From an uncultured Candidatus Binatia bacterium (GTDB lineage Bacteria > Desulfobacterota > Binatia > UBA9968 > JAJDTQ01), in assembly GCA_964291295.2 (NCBI GenBank), contig OZ219754.1, positions 363,393-427,392 of the forward strand: a stretch of DNA of 64,000 bases, given 5' to 3'. Below, one piece after another: positions 40,714 to 49,898 of this stretch (its first letter is position 1; every line of letters begins with the position of its first letter). A program made the position numbers and the translations under genes. The notes below the pieces were generated by a model. It ran no database searches. It worked only from the letters and a program-made list of their open reading frames with translations, and had not been told where the DNA came from.

Positions 40714-41970
40714 TCAGAACAGATCGGTCAGGTCGGAGTTGCCCGAGACGGGTCGCGGCGAGTCGGAGACCGTTGGCGGCGAGACCGAGCCTCGCGCCCC
40801 GGGCCGCTGGATCGTCAACTGGCGCCGACCTGCCAACTCCTCGAACCGTTCGCGGAACAGGCACTTGTGCTCCCTCGCGCTGAAGTAAAGCCATCGGACG
40901 GCGCGGGAGATGCCGACGAACAGCCATCGTTCCCATAACGCGGGCGGACGGCGCGAGAAGGTCTCCGCCTCCAGGCGAGGCATCAATACCGTATCGAAAG
41001 TCAAGCCCTTGGCGCTGGGGTAGGCCATCGCCTTGGGACGAAGCGTACCGAAGTCGATGGTCGGCAGTGTGGATCGATTCCGCCTTCCCGGCCACGCGGG
41101 TACTTCAACCTCCACACCGGCCTCGTTCAGCCTCTGCGCATAGCCAAACACGTGCCGGCGCGTGGGGAACAGCAGGGCGATGCGCTCGCCCTTGTCGATG
41201 CGCGCGCGAACCACTTCGACGAGCTGCTCGCGTTCGTCCTCAAGGTCACCTGCGAGGTACAGCAGCGGCGGCTGGCGCTCGCCCTTGTCGATGGGTGGGT
41301 TCTGGCGGATGAACCAGCGACGCTCGGTCTCGTCGGAAATGAAAGCGGCCGCGGTCCGGACAACATGGGGTGAACAGCGGTAGGCGTCGAGCAGGGTCGA
41401 CGTGCGCCGGTGCAACCGCAGGCGGGTCAACAGGTCATGCTCTTCGATGCCGTTTTCGTAGATCTGCTGCTTGTGATCCATGAACACGGTGACGTGAGCG
41501 GCAACCGTGGTCAGAATGGCATAGGCCCGGGCATCAAGATCCTGCCCCTCATCCACCATGACAAAGTCGTACAGCGGCATCAGGCGGGACCGCGAACGCA
41601 CCTCCGTCCAGACAGCCTCACGGACCGCATCGAAGTCAGGCCCCTCCTCGCCCCGCGGCAATGTCCGCCGGACATATTGCCTGTAGAATTCCTGACACCA
41701 GGCGTCGAAGGTCATGATGCAGCCGGCAGGCAGGTCGAGGTCGTCGAGGGCCGTGCTGATATAGGCCTTCAGGGAGTTGGTGAAGACCAGCAGCCGGTAA
41801 CGCGCCGGCGGGATATCGCCCTCATCGACCAGGTGTCTGGCACGGTGCAGCAGCACCAGCGTCTTGCCGGCACCCGGCGAACCCAGCACCAGGTGATGCT
41901 GCTTCGCATTCATCTCTACCGCACGAATCTGTGCGGACGTCAGTTCATTGCGGGGAACGAGCCAACCCAT
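40714..41970 (-). CDS. Minimal UvrD-like superfamily-1 helicase
   Basis: Walker A GSPGAGKT, motif II MVDEGQDL, LLDAYRCSP, and motif VI-like VGISRAVRWLY. 418 aa with no additional domains. Confidence 0.7.
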   Translation of the reverse strand: MGWLVPRNELTSAQIRAVEMNAKQHHLVLGSPGAGKTLVLLHRARHLVDEGDIPPARYRLLVFTNSLKAYISTALDDLDLPAGCIMTFDAWCQEFYRQYVRRTLPRGEEGPDFDAVREAVWTEVRSRSRLMPLYDFVMVDEGQDLDARAYAILTTVAAHVTVFMDHKQQIYENGIEEHDLLTRLRLHRRTSTLLDAYRCSPHVVRTAAAFISDETERRWFIRQNPPIDKGERQPPLLYLAGDLEDEREQLVEVVRARIDKGERIALLFPTRRHVFGYAQRLNEAGVEVEVPAWPGRRNRSTLPTIDFGTLRPKAMAYPSAKGLTFDTVLMPRLEAETFSRRPPALWERWLFVGISRAVRWLYFSAREHKCLFRERFEELAGRRQLTIQRPGARGSVSPPTVSDSPRPVSGNSDLTDLF

Positions 41971-42158
41971 GGGAACTCGGCTTTCCAGGAGCCTGTGTCG
42001 CAGGACGCTTCGGGATGTGACCGGTGGGAGAGCATGACCAGATTTTCGTCCAAAATGCCAGAAACGTGTAGCCTTGTCCCATTATTGGACATGAATTGGG
42101 TGCCAAGTGGGACTCTGATGGATCTCTGTCCCACGAAAATTTTTTGCGGCGCAGGCTC

Positions 42159-44579
42159 CTAGGTCTCGACCGGCCGGCCGCCGGCAGCGCCCTCCGGCAA
42201 TTCACCCCCAAGGGCCTCCTCGGGTTTCTTGGGATCCTCCCCGGCCGCGATCAATGCTTCCCACGCCTCCTCCGCTTCCTTTGTTCGGCCCTCGTCGCCC
42301 TGAAGCTCTGCGCCATGCAAGTACCAGGCCAACATCCATTTATCGAGCGTGGACGGTGGACCAAATCTGGCGAACGCCTGGTCCAGCAGCGCATCCCGCG
42401 TCGTCACGGGCTGCTTCAGCTTCTGACTCAGCCGGGCCTTGAGCACGAGATACGGGGGGCGAGGATCGGTCGTTTCCTCAAGGGTGTGCATCGCCTCGGT
42501 GAACTTTCCCCGACGTTCCTGCGCCAGCGCCAGATTGAACAACGGCCCGTCCCAACCCGGCGACAGCCTCGCGGCCTCTCGATAAAGCTTCTCCTCACGC
42601 TCGTGGTCGGCCATCTCACCGCAGATCATGGCCATCCGGTTGAGCCGCTCCGCTGCCGGGGCGTCCCGGTTGACCGCGGCCAGCAGGTGAAGCGCCTTTT
42701 CCCGGTTGCCCAACTCCGCCTCCAGCCTGGCGACCCTGTCCACGGTCCTTCGTTTCTGCACCTCCGTCAACGACTCGGTCCGCAAGCGTTCTTCCAGCTC
42801 GAGGATTTCGTCTCGCCTGGCGTTGGGATTCACGACGCTGGTCAGGGGATTCTCGATGGAAGCCTCGAAACCGCCGCGCTCGGGATCATCCGCCAAGGCA
42901 AGGTCGAGATGCAGTACCTGATTGGCATCCATGCGATAGCGCAGGCGCAGCCCGTCACCTTTCTCGACAATCGGACGAATGGTCCAGAGTCTGCGCATCA
43001 GAAGCTTGCCGTTGCCGCCGCGCAGTTCGACGCGCAACGTCACGGCTTCGGTCAGACCGGTCACGGGCACCTTCAAGCCGGTGTTCTCCGCCCAGGCGCC
43101 GTTGGCGGGAAAGGGGAGCTCGGCTCCTTCCTTGATCAGCGGCACCCGACCGTCCCGGGTCTCGATATCGATGCTGTCCGAAGACACCGGCCCGACCATG
43201 CCGCGACCGCACAGAGCCAAGGCCATGGCATGCCATGCCGCGCCTTGAGCCACGGCCGTCTGCGTACTCTCGCGGTCGTCGAAATGCAGCACCTGCGCGT
43301 TGGGGAAGAAGTGCTCGACCGCCGCCACCACCTGCGGGATCAGACTGCTGCCGCCCACCAGCAGGCAGTCGTCGACCTCACCCGGCTCCATGCGTGCCCG
43401 CTCCAGCACGTCCCGCAGCGGTGCAAAGATGGAACAGAGCGACTGGTACTCCGTGTCCCGGGGGTGGAGCATGTCACGGTCGAGAAACGGTTGCAGCACA
43501 CGTTCGAACTGGTCCGCGCTCAGCGTCGGCGACTGAAGTTTCAGTGTCGTGCCGTCCCGCAGGGAACAGGGATAGACGTTCGGGGTCCGCTGCACCAGGA
43601 CGGACCGCCGCTCCTGGTAGCGACCAAGCTGCTGGAGCCGGGTGATTTCCCGGCACAGATTCGTCTTCAAGGCCTCCGCGGCGCCCAGGAGTGACGGGAT
43701 CACGGACCGGGCCTTGTCGTCGTAGTCCAGGCGGTGGGGATCAAGATCATTCTGCTTGATCAACTGAGGGAGCAGAACCTCCAGCACGATGGCGCGGTCG
43801 ATGTCACCGCCGCCCAGCCGATGGTAGCGGGAAACCGCAAGCGGCGCGGCCCCCACCGGCGCACCGGGGGCGTCGGGCGGCAGCAGACGAAACAGGGCAA
43901 CGTCGCAGGTGCCTCCGCCAAAGTCGAACACCAACAGCCGCTGCGGCGACGATGCCGTGAACACCTCTTTTCCATGTGCCACCAGGTAGGCGACAAAAGC
44001 CGCGATGGGCTCGTCCAGGAGGGCGCCCTCCGCCAGTTCGATTCCCGCCAGCCTGGACGCCTCGAATGTGTCGCGCCGCTGAGCGGCCTGAAACGCCGCC
44101 GGAATGGTGACCACGGTGGCCGCAACCGGCGTGTCGGACTCGCTCATCGCCGCGTCCATCAGGAACTTCAAGAGATGGCCGCCCACCTCGCTGGCTGAAC
44201 GGAATCCTGCCGGAGCCTTGTGGTAAGTCCGGCGAACGCCGATGTCGTTCTTGCACTCCCAGAACAGGTTTCGATTCTGCTCCAGGCCGTATTCGGCCGG
44301 ACGGGCGCGCAGCCCCTTTGCGCCCTCGCCCACCAGAAGCCGTCCTTCGTGCAGTGCAAGAACCGATGGCACGACGGCGTGGATGAAAGGGCCTTGGAGG
44401 GTCTCCTGCTCGACTTCGAGACAGCGCACCTCGGGCAACTCCATGGAGCCCGGAACCGCGACAATTTCGGCGATCTCCGAATTGGTCGTGCCCAAGTCCA
44501 TGCCGACGACACGGACCGGTTCGACCGGCAGCCGGATCCGAGCATCGCGCGGCATGATCAGCGTCAGTGACTTGCTCAC
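42159..44579 (-). CDS. Hsp70-family ATPase with C-terminal TPR-like repeat region
   Basis: GMDLGTTNS, TIPAAFQAAQRR..LLDEPIAAF, FDFGGGTCDVALF and LLVGGSSLIPQV. The C-terminal ~220 aa are helical and TPR-like. The start is GTG at 44579, or alternatively ATG at 44555. Confidence 0.8.
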   Translation of the reverse strand: MSKSLTLIMPRDARIRLPVEPVRVVGMDLGTTNSEIAEIVAVPGSMELPEVRCLEVEQETLQGPFIHAVVPSVLALHEGRLLVGEGAKGLRARPAEYGLEQNRNLFWECKNDIGVRRTYHKAPAGFRSASEVGGHLLKFLMDAAMSESDTPVAATVVTIPAAFQAAQRRDTFEASRLAGIELAEGALLDEPIAAFVAYLVAHGKEVFTASSPQRLLVFDFGGGTCDVALFRLLPPDAPGAPVGAAPLAVSRYHRLGGGDIDRAIVLEVLLPQLIKQNDLDPHRLDYDDKARSVIPSLLGAAEALKTNLCREITRLQQLGRYQERRSVLVQRTPNVYPCSLRDGTTLKLQSPTLSADQFERVLQPFLDRDMLHPRDTEYQSLCSIFAPLRDVLERARMEPGEVDDCLLVGGSSLIPQVVAAVEHFFPNAQVLHFDDRESTQTAVAQGAAWHAMALALCGRGMVGPVSSDSIDIETRDGRVPLIKEGAELPFPANGAWAENTGLKVPVTGLTEAVTLRVELRGGNGKLLMRRLWTIRPIVEKGDGLRLRYRMDANQVLHLDLALADDPERGGFEASIENPLTSVVNPNARRDEILELEERLRTESLTEVQKRRTVDRVARLEAELGNREKALHLLAAVNRDAPAAERLNRMAMICGEMADHEREEKLYREAARLSPGWDGPLFNLALAQERRGKFTEAMHTLEETTDPRPPYLVLKARLSQKLKQPVTTRDALLDQAFARFGPPSTLDKWMLAWYLHGAELQGDEGRTKEAEEAWEALIAAGEDPKKPEEALGGELPEGAAGGRPVET

Positions 44580-44660
44580 GGGTATATTGTCCCGGTTCTG
44601 TGGTTATCCCGCCGTATCGGCCCGCCATCTGCAACACGGGAAGTCGGGCGTTCTACGGTT

Positions 44661-44693
44661 GGACACGGTACTCGTCGAGGACAAGGTACTCGT
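44661..44693. repeat. 15-bp direct repeat x2 (ggacaMggtactcgt, 18-bp period) upstream of the Hsp70-like gene
   Basis: Read directly from the sequence, 14/15 identity, 82-114 nt upstream of the GTG start. Confidence 0.6.
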
Positions 44694-44912
44694 TGCGTGT
44701 CTGGCAGTCCAGCGAGGTACGGAGTTGTTGACGAAAAGTTCATGGTTGGCGAGGCCCGGGGCCAAGGCGAGACGGTGAGGGGTACGTCGTCGAAGTGGTA
44801 TTGGAATCGCTTCGCGTTTTCAGGCTCACTCTCAGGCTCACTTTGCATTGGACAAGACGGGACGTTTACTTGAGGTTCGGGGAATGCTAACCTGTAAAGA
44901 CTGCAACAGAGT

Positions 44913-44988
44913 GGGGCCGTAGCTCAGCTGGGAGAGCGCTAGGTTCGCAATCTAGAGGTCGTGGGTTCGATCCCCATCGGCTCCACCA
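44913..44988 (+). tRNA. tRNA-Ala (anticodon CGC), CCA encoded
   Basis: ggggccgtagctcagctgggagagcgc... with the G3:U70 identity pair, anticodon loop TTCGCAA, and T-arm gtgggttcgatcccc. Confidence 0.9.
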
Positions 44989-45060
44989 TCGCCTTCTTCC
45001 TCGAACCCCCCTTCCCCGAGACTCTTTATACTCAGACCCTTCTTCCTGAGAATCGAAGGC

Positions 45061-45094
45061 TGCCAATCGGTGGTGACTGCCAATCGGTGGTGAT
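45061..45094. repeat. 17-bp tandem repeat x2 (tgccaatcggtggtgaY)
   Basis: Read directly from the sequence, 16/17 identity, 73 nt downstream of tRNA-Ala. Confidence 0.7.
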
Positions 45095-45237
45095 TTTTCG
45101 GGGCGTGACCGGTGTGTGTAGCCGAAGACGTGACGCCTGCAGATTCACGCCTGGCTGACCGCCGCCCCGGTGCCGCACGCCCCGCCGCCGGCACTTCGCT
45201 CATTCCGACCCGCGGGAATGGCGGGCGAGCGGCGGGG

Positions 45238-45924
45238 CTAACGCGACGCTTCGGTGAGGGTCCGGATCAGTTCGTCCGCCTGCGGGTTCCTGTACTTTCT
45301 CCGCAGCAGGATATCCCTGGGCGAGACATCGGGCTGTCCGTAGTAGATCTGATTGTCGCTCCGGCTGATGGAGACGATGCCGCCCTCGATGGCCACCCCC
45401 GCGAACAGCCCCTTGATGCGGGAGAACGAGAAGATGTCGAAAATCTCGGCCTTGGCGCCGACCCCTTCGGGTCCCACGCTGATGCTCGCGTCCGCGCCGA
45501 GCTTGAACTTGTCCTTCAGGAACCGCCTCAAGCCTCCCTCGGTCATGATCATGAGAATGACCTGACTACCCGCCGCCCCGAACTGAAGACCAAAGGAGGC
45601 GGAACCCACATCGTAGAAGGCCGGATTGCTCCACGTACCCGCGGCGTCCTGGGCCAGCAGCACCCCCTTGCCTCCCGAACCGCCGATGAAGAAGCCCCCC
45701 TTGAACAGGAGCGGCATGATGAGAAGTCCCTTGGCATAACGCACGTTTTGCCGGAACCACGTCATCCGGACATCCCTCTGGAAGTCCCGAAACGTGAACC
45801 GGGCCTTGGTCACCCGCTGGGCGAGATCCTCCTCGGTGAGTTGCGAGCCCGTCGGCTGCGCACCCGACGGGGCCGCGGACAACACCGCGAACAGCACGGC
45901 AAACGCTGCCAGGAACTTGTGCAT
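45238..45924 (-). CDS. SYLF (DUF500/Ysc84) lipid-binding domain protein with signal peptide
   Basis: MHKFLAAFAVLFAVLSAAPSGA signal sequence. ...GGFFIGGSGGKGVLLA...GLQFGAAGSQVILMIM...GADASISVGPEGVG... shows the SYLF pattern. Confidence 0.75.
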   Translation of the reverse strand: MHKFLAAFAVLFAVLSAAPSGAQPTGSQLTEEDLAQRVTKARFTFRDFQRDVRMTWFRQNVRYAKGLLIMPLLFKGGFFIGGSGGKGVLLAQDAAGTWSNPAFYDVGSASFGLQFGAAGSQVILMIMTEGGLRRFLKDKFKLGADASISVGPEGVGAKAEIFDIFSFSRIKGLFAGVAIEGGIVSISRSDNQIYYGQPDVSPRDILLRRKYRNPQADELIRTLTEASR

Positions 45925-46231
45925 GGGACATCTCTTTCCGGTCGGCGAGCGGTCGGTCATCAAGATCATCGTCTCGGCTCCCCTTCTCAACTCCCCATCT
46001 CCCCTGCCCCCGTTATCGCTCCGCAACCGGACCCCGCCTTGGGGGACCATCTCCATCTCCGCTTCAAGATTAACATGCCGGGCCGGGATGGGAAACGAGA
46101 CCGGCCTCTCCGACGGTGCCTTCACCGGGGCCGGCAAGGTGCTCGCGGGCAAGAGCGGGAGGGGTGCGGGCAAGCCGAACTCCGGTTCCGGCACCACCCC
46201 CGGGCGTCAACGTCGCACTCCCGAACCCTGC

Positions 46232-46260
46232 TTGAAACTTTACGACTTTCCACGCATAAA
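46232..46260 (+). promoter_or_regulatory. Putative sigma-70 promoter (TTGAAA-N17-CATAAA) for the lipoprotein gene
   Basis: Read directly from the sequence. It would give a ~185-nt leader before AAGGAGG-N7-ATG at 46451. Confidence 0.3.
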
Positions 46261-46450
46261 GGAAGCGCGACAGTCGCCGTAGGTGCCCGTATGTCGGGTT
46301 ACCTGCTGAATACAAAAGCTCCCTGTACCCGGCAAGGGGTAGCTCCCCAAGCCCGAGTGAATAGGCAGGACTCTCACCGTACCTACGTGTGACTGTCGCA
46401 ACGGCCCGGCAATCCCGCCAGGCCGCGGTCCTTGTACAAGGAGGATTCGC

Positions 46451-47356
46451 ATGTTGCGTTCTGTGTGCACGCTTGGTGTCGTACTGTTTCTTGCGGCCTG
46501 CGGAGGTGGCGGCGGCTCGGCACCGCTGCCCACAGTGGACCTAACCACGCCGCGTCTCACCGGCCTCCAGCCGCCGAGCTTCTCCGATGCTCAGATCCTG
46601 CCCATGGCCAATGCCGTCCTCGCAAGGTCGGACTCGGTGACCGTCAGTGATCTCGCCAGTGCTCAAGGAGGGGGGGAGGCATTCTACCCAACCTTGTGCA
46701 GCAGCAAGACGACTTGTGTCACCAACCTTGGCAGCGGGACAAGCGTTACCTGGGACATCCGTGACGCCAGAGATATCGGCTTGGACAGCAATCTCAATTA
46801 CTCGGGAGTGGGCGAGAAGCATGGCGTTTCCCTCGCTCAGTCCCAGGGAAGAACCACCCTTTTCAGCTTTCCCGCCGACAGTACGGCCTATGCCGGGTTG
46901 CTTGATCACAGCATGTTCGGCGTCAGTCTTGATAGGATTGTCAGCGGCACATTCCAAGGCGTGAACCTGAGCGGAATAGAGGTGGCCTACAGCGTCTCCG
47001 GCGGCAACGACACCGGCTCAAGGCCCGTTGGAAGCGCGACATGGCAAGGCATCATGGTGGGCGGCACCGGGGGTTTCGACAATCCGCAGTGGATCCAGGG
47101 GGATGCGAACGTCACCTGGCACCTTGACCAGAGTACCGTGGACGTGGCCTTCACCGACGTCCACAACCTGGCTACCAGGGCGCGTATCACCGACATGCGG
47201 TGGTCCGGTGTTCCGGTAGGATCGGATGGCTCGTTCAGGCAGGAGACGGCCGCACGGGATATCGAAGGCCGGTTCTACGGCCCAGGCCATGCGGAGGTCG
47301 GTGGAATCTTTGCCCATCCCAATGCCATCGGGGCTTTCGGGGCCAAGAAGCAGTAG
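46451..47356 (+). CDS. Lipoprotein with TbpB/fHbp-like C-terminal beta-barrel domain
   Basis: Lipobox LAAC followed by a Gly-rich linker. The C-terminus ...IEGRFYGPGHAEVGGIFAHPNAIGAFGAKKQ* is typical of the TbpB_B_D-type surface lipoprotein barrel. Confidence 0.6.
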   Translation: MLRSVCTLGVVLFLAACGGGGGSAPLPTVDLTTPRLTGLQPPSFSDAQILPMANAVLARSDSVTVSDLASAQGGGEAFYPTLCSSKTTCVTNLGSGTSVTWDIRDARDIGLDSNLNYSGVGEKHGVSLAQSQGRTTLFSFPADSTAYAGLLDHSMFGVSLDRIVSGTFQGVNLSGIEVAYSVSGGNDTGSRPVGSATWQGIMVGGTGGFDNPQWIQGDANVTWHLDQSTVDVAFTDVHNLATRARITDMRWSGVPVGSDGSFRQETAARDIEGRFYGPGHAEVGGIFAHPNAIGAFGAKKQ

Positions 47357-47376
47357 CTGCCGTGGGGTTCCGAGAA

Positions 47377-47419
47377 CGGAGGTGGGGCGGCAGGCTGGAA
47401 CCCGGCTGCCCCACCTCCG
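47377..47419. terminator. Strong GC hairpin between convergent genes (putative bidirectional terminator)
   Basis: cggaggtggggcggcag (47377-47393) pairs with ctgccccacctccg (47406-47419) with one bulge. It lies 21 nt after the lipoprotein stop. Confidence 0.45.
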
Positions 47420-47544
47420 TTGAAGAGCCGGAAGAACGGGTGGTCCAACCGCGACGCCAATCCCTTCTCCACGGCGTCGGCGGCCGCCGCCGTCCCGGAA
47501 ACGATCCGGTCCGGGACTGGACGAACGCGCGGCCGCCCGCGGCC

Positions 47545-48393
47545 CTATGAATGCGCCCGGGTGAACTCCAGCGTGCGTTCGCACACGTTCGCGGTAGTCT
47601 GTTCCGGCGGCATGACGTTCCAGAACTCCCGTTTGGGCAGACATTCGCGCAGGTAGTGGGCTCCCGAGGTGGCGTGGGACGGATCGTCACCCGGCATGAT
47701 GACGGCCGGGGCCTTGATGCCCATGATCTCTTCGGGCATGGCACCGGTGGCCGTGTCGCGGTCGAACAGGCCGGGGCCGCTGGCGGCGATGATGCCCATG
47801 TAACGCTCCGGATCCTGGGCCGCGAACTGCTCGGCAAACCCGCTGTCCCGGGCGATGACCGAGGCCCAAGGGCCGGACTCCGGGTCGGTCCAGAAAGTCG
47901 TCCCCCGGGACGCCCGCTCCACCACGCCCTGGAGACCGTTCTCGCGCACGAAGTTCAGGTGGGTGGCGAAGCGCGCCTGGCTCGCCGTCTTCCAGCGGTA
48001 TCCACCCACCGGCCAGTGCAGGATCATGCCGCGCGTGGCCTCCGGGAAGTTGACGCCGAAAGAGAGCGCCACGGAACAGCCCATGCACCCCCCCATGACA
48101 AAGGCCGAATCGATTCCCAGATGGTCCAGAAGCTGTTTGCCCTGGCGCGCATAGGCGGTCCACGTGAGGCGTTCCACCCGTCCGCCGGACCGCCCCGCCT
48201 CGCGCCGGTCGTAGGCGATGACCTGATGCTCCGAGCCCAGCCTGGCCAAGGCGTCGATGCCGGTCCAGGCGCTGGCGACGCGCCATTTCTCGATGGTGGA
48301 ATCGAACCCGCCCGGGGCCAACATCAACAACGGCGTCCCGGAGCCAGCAGTCTCGTAATGGATCTCGATACCGTCAATGACCGCAGTCGCCAT
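47545..48393 (-). CDS. Alpha/beta-fold hydrolase
   Basis: ...IHYETAGSGTPLLMLAPGG... at the N-terminus and a nucleophile-elbow-like MGGCMGCS. The start is the ATG at 48393. Confidence 0.7.
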   Translation of the reverse strand: MATAVIDGIEIHYETAGSGTPLLMLAPGGFDSTIEKWRVASAWTGIDALARLGSEHQVIAYDRREAGRSGGRVERLTWTAYARQGKQLLDHLGIDSAFVMGGCMGCSVALSFGVNFPEATRGMILHWPVGGYRWKTASQARFATHLNFVRENGLQGVVERASRGTTFWTDPESGPWASVIARDSGFAEQFAAQDPERYMGIIAASGPGLFDRDTATGAMPEEIMGIKAPAVIMPGDDPSHATSGAHYLRECLPKREFWNVMPPEQTTANVCERTLEFTRAHS

Positions 48394-48857
48394 GAATATT
48401 CCCCCGAATACTCCCCGCGACAATCCCCCGCGACCCTTGAGCGCGCGCGGAGCACTCGTTGGCCCGCCTGTTCACGATCCTGCCTCAGGATTAGCCCAAC
48501 TGCGGAAACCAGTCAAATAGATGCCGTTCGCTGCGTCCTGCCTCTTTCGAGACCTTCGCGCAGTCCCGCCGCCTCGGAACTTCCGCCGTCGACCGGGTTC
48601 CAGAGCATGTCTTCACGGGAACCACGAGTCACGGGCTGTCCACGAACCCGGAGCCGTCGTTGATCGAGGGATAATCAATAGTCTCCATAGTCGCGGGCAG
48701 GGATACGGGAGAGGAAGATGGTGCAGGGGGTGAGGGCTTTCGTGGGAGTCGGTTCCGGATTCGTTGTCGACAAGGTGATCGTGTCGGCGCCATCCCCCAC
48801 CACACACAACCCCGTCCCTCACCCTGATCACCAGACGACAAAAACCGGCCGTGGTCG

Positions 48858-48887
48858 TTGACCCTGCTGCGTACCCGGGCCTATAAT
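48858..48887 (+). promoter_or_regulatory. Putative sigma-70 promoter (TTGACC-N18-TATAAT)
   Basis: Read directly from the sequence, 42 nt upstream of the ATG at 48929. Confidence 0.45.
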
Positions 48888-48928
48888 CCCGTCCGAGGGC
48901 GCCGTCGCCGGTGCCACGGAGGGAATCC

Positions 48929-49858
48929 ATGCTGATCGACTGGCATTCGCACCACACCGCGCCGGAACTGGCAAACGCATTTCGGCTGAAGACGGGCAAG
49001 ACGCCGAAGGTCGACGCTTGCGATTCAGACAACTTCGAGAAGCGGCTCGGCGAACTGGACGAAGCGGGCATCGACTTCCAGCTGGTTTGCCAGGGTGCCG
49101 CCGAGGATGCGGACCAGCTTGATGCGGCGGACGCCATGGAGATGGCGCGGCTGTCCAACGATGTCCTCGCCCGGCGCATCGCCGGGCACACCGACCGGTT
49201 TGGCGGCATCACCGCCCTGTCCCTCAAGAATGTGGCGGATTCGGTGGCGGAGATCGAACGCATGGCATCCCGGGGCTTCAAGGCGGTGCTCCTCTACCCG
49301 CGGGTGGACGGCGAGATGAAGGTCGACCTGCCGGAGCTCGATCCCGTGTTTGCCAAGGCGGCCGAACTGGACCTGCCGCTCTTCCTCCATGGCAGCGGCG
49401 GCGCCAAGGACCCCACGCTCCAGCGGCTGGAGGACGGCGGTGCCGGAGTCGCCTACAGCGTATTGTCGGACGCCAGCGTCAACGAATGCGTCATGCGCAT
49501 GATCGCCAGCGGTCTCTTCGACCGCCATCCGGGTCTGAGGGTGGTGATACGCAGCGGCGGCGGCGGCATCCCGCTGCTGGTTCAGCGAATGTCCTGGATG
49601 CACAAGGGCCCGCACGGCCAGAAGCGTTACGCCGACATCTTCCTCGAACACTTCCGCATCGACACGGCCAGCGTCAAGCCCGAGGCCGTGCCCTTCCTCA
49701 CCCGCGTCATGGGCTCCGGCGGCATGGTCTTCGGCTCGGACTACTGCGGCGGGCTGGGCCCCCTCAAAAGGGCGCTGGCAGTGGTGGACACGCAGGAGAA
49801 CGCGCGCGAATTCCGCTCCTGGACAGAGCGAAACTCCCGCGAACTGCTGCATCTCTGA
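48929..49858 (+). CDS. Amidohydrolase-2 (ACMSD-like) family protein
   Basis: MLIDWHSHH... metal-binding HxH at the N-terminus and ...VFGSDYCG near the C-terminus. It is a paralogue type of 23481-24548. Confidence 0.7.
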   Translation: MLIDWHSHHTAPELANAFRLKTGKTPKVDACDSDNFEKRLGELDEAGIDFQLVCQGAAEDADQLDAADAMEMARLSNDVLARRIAGHTDRFGGITALSLKNVADSVAEIERMASRGFKAVLLYPRVDGEMKVDLPELDPVFAKAAELDLPLFLHGSGGAKDPTLQRLEDGGAGVAYSVLSDASVNECVMRMIASGLFDRHPGLRVVIRSGGGGIPLLVQRMSWMHKGPHGQKRYADIFLEHFRIDTASVKPEAVPFLTRVMGSGGMVFGSDYCGGLGPLKRALAVVDTQENAREFRSWTERNSRELLHL

Positions 49859-49898
49859 GAGTCTCCGAGAGAGGGACGCTGCGGACACCGCCCCCGCC

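Noticed and set aside
41971-42158. Sigma-54 promoter (TGGCAC) or intrinsic terminator in the Hsp70-helicase spacer
   Set aside because: TGGCAC is followed by CCAATTCAT rather than N5-TTGC. There is no clean GC hairpin plus U-tract. A weak TTGGCA-N16-TAATGG sigma-70-like match exists but is not convincing. The two genes may be co-transcribed or not.
42159-44579. Housekeeping DnaK
   Set aside because: It lacks the canonical substrate-binding/lid organisation and tail and instead ends in TPR-like repeats. There is no adjacent grpE or dnaJ. The N-terminus diverges from DnaK (extra leader, atypical linker).
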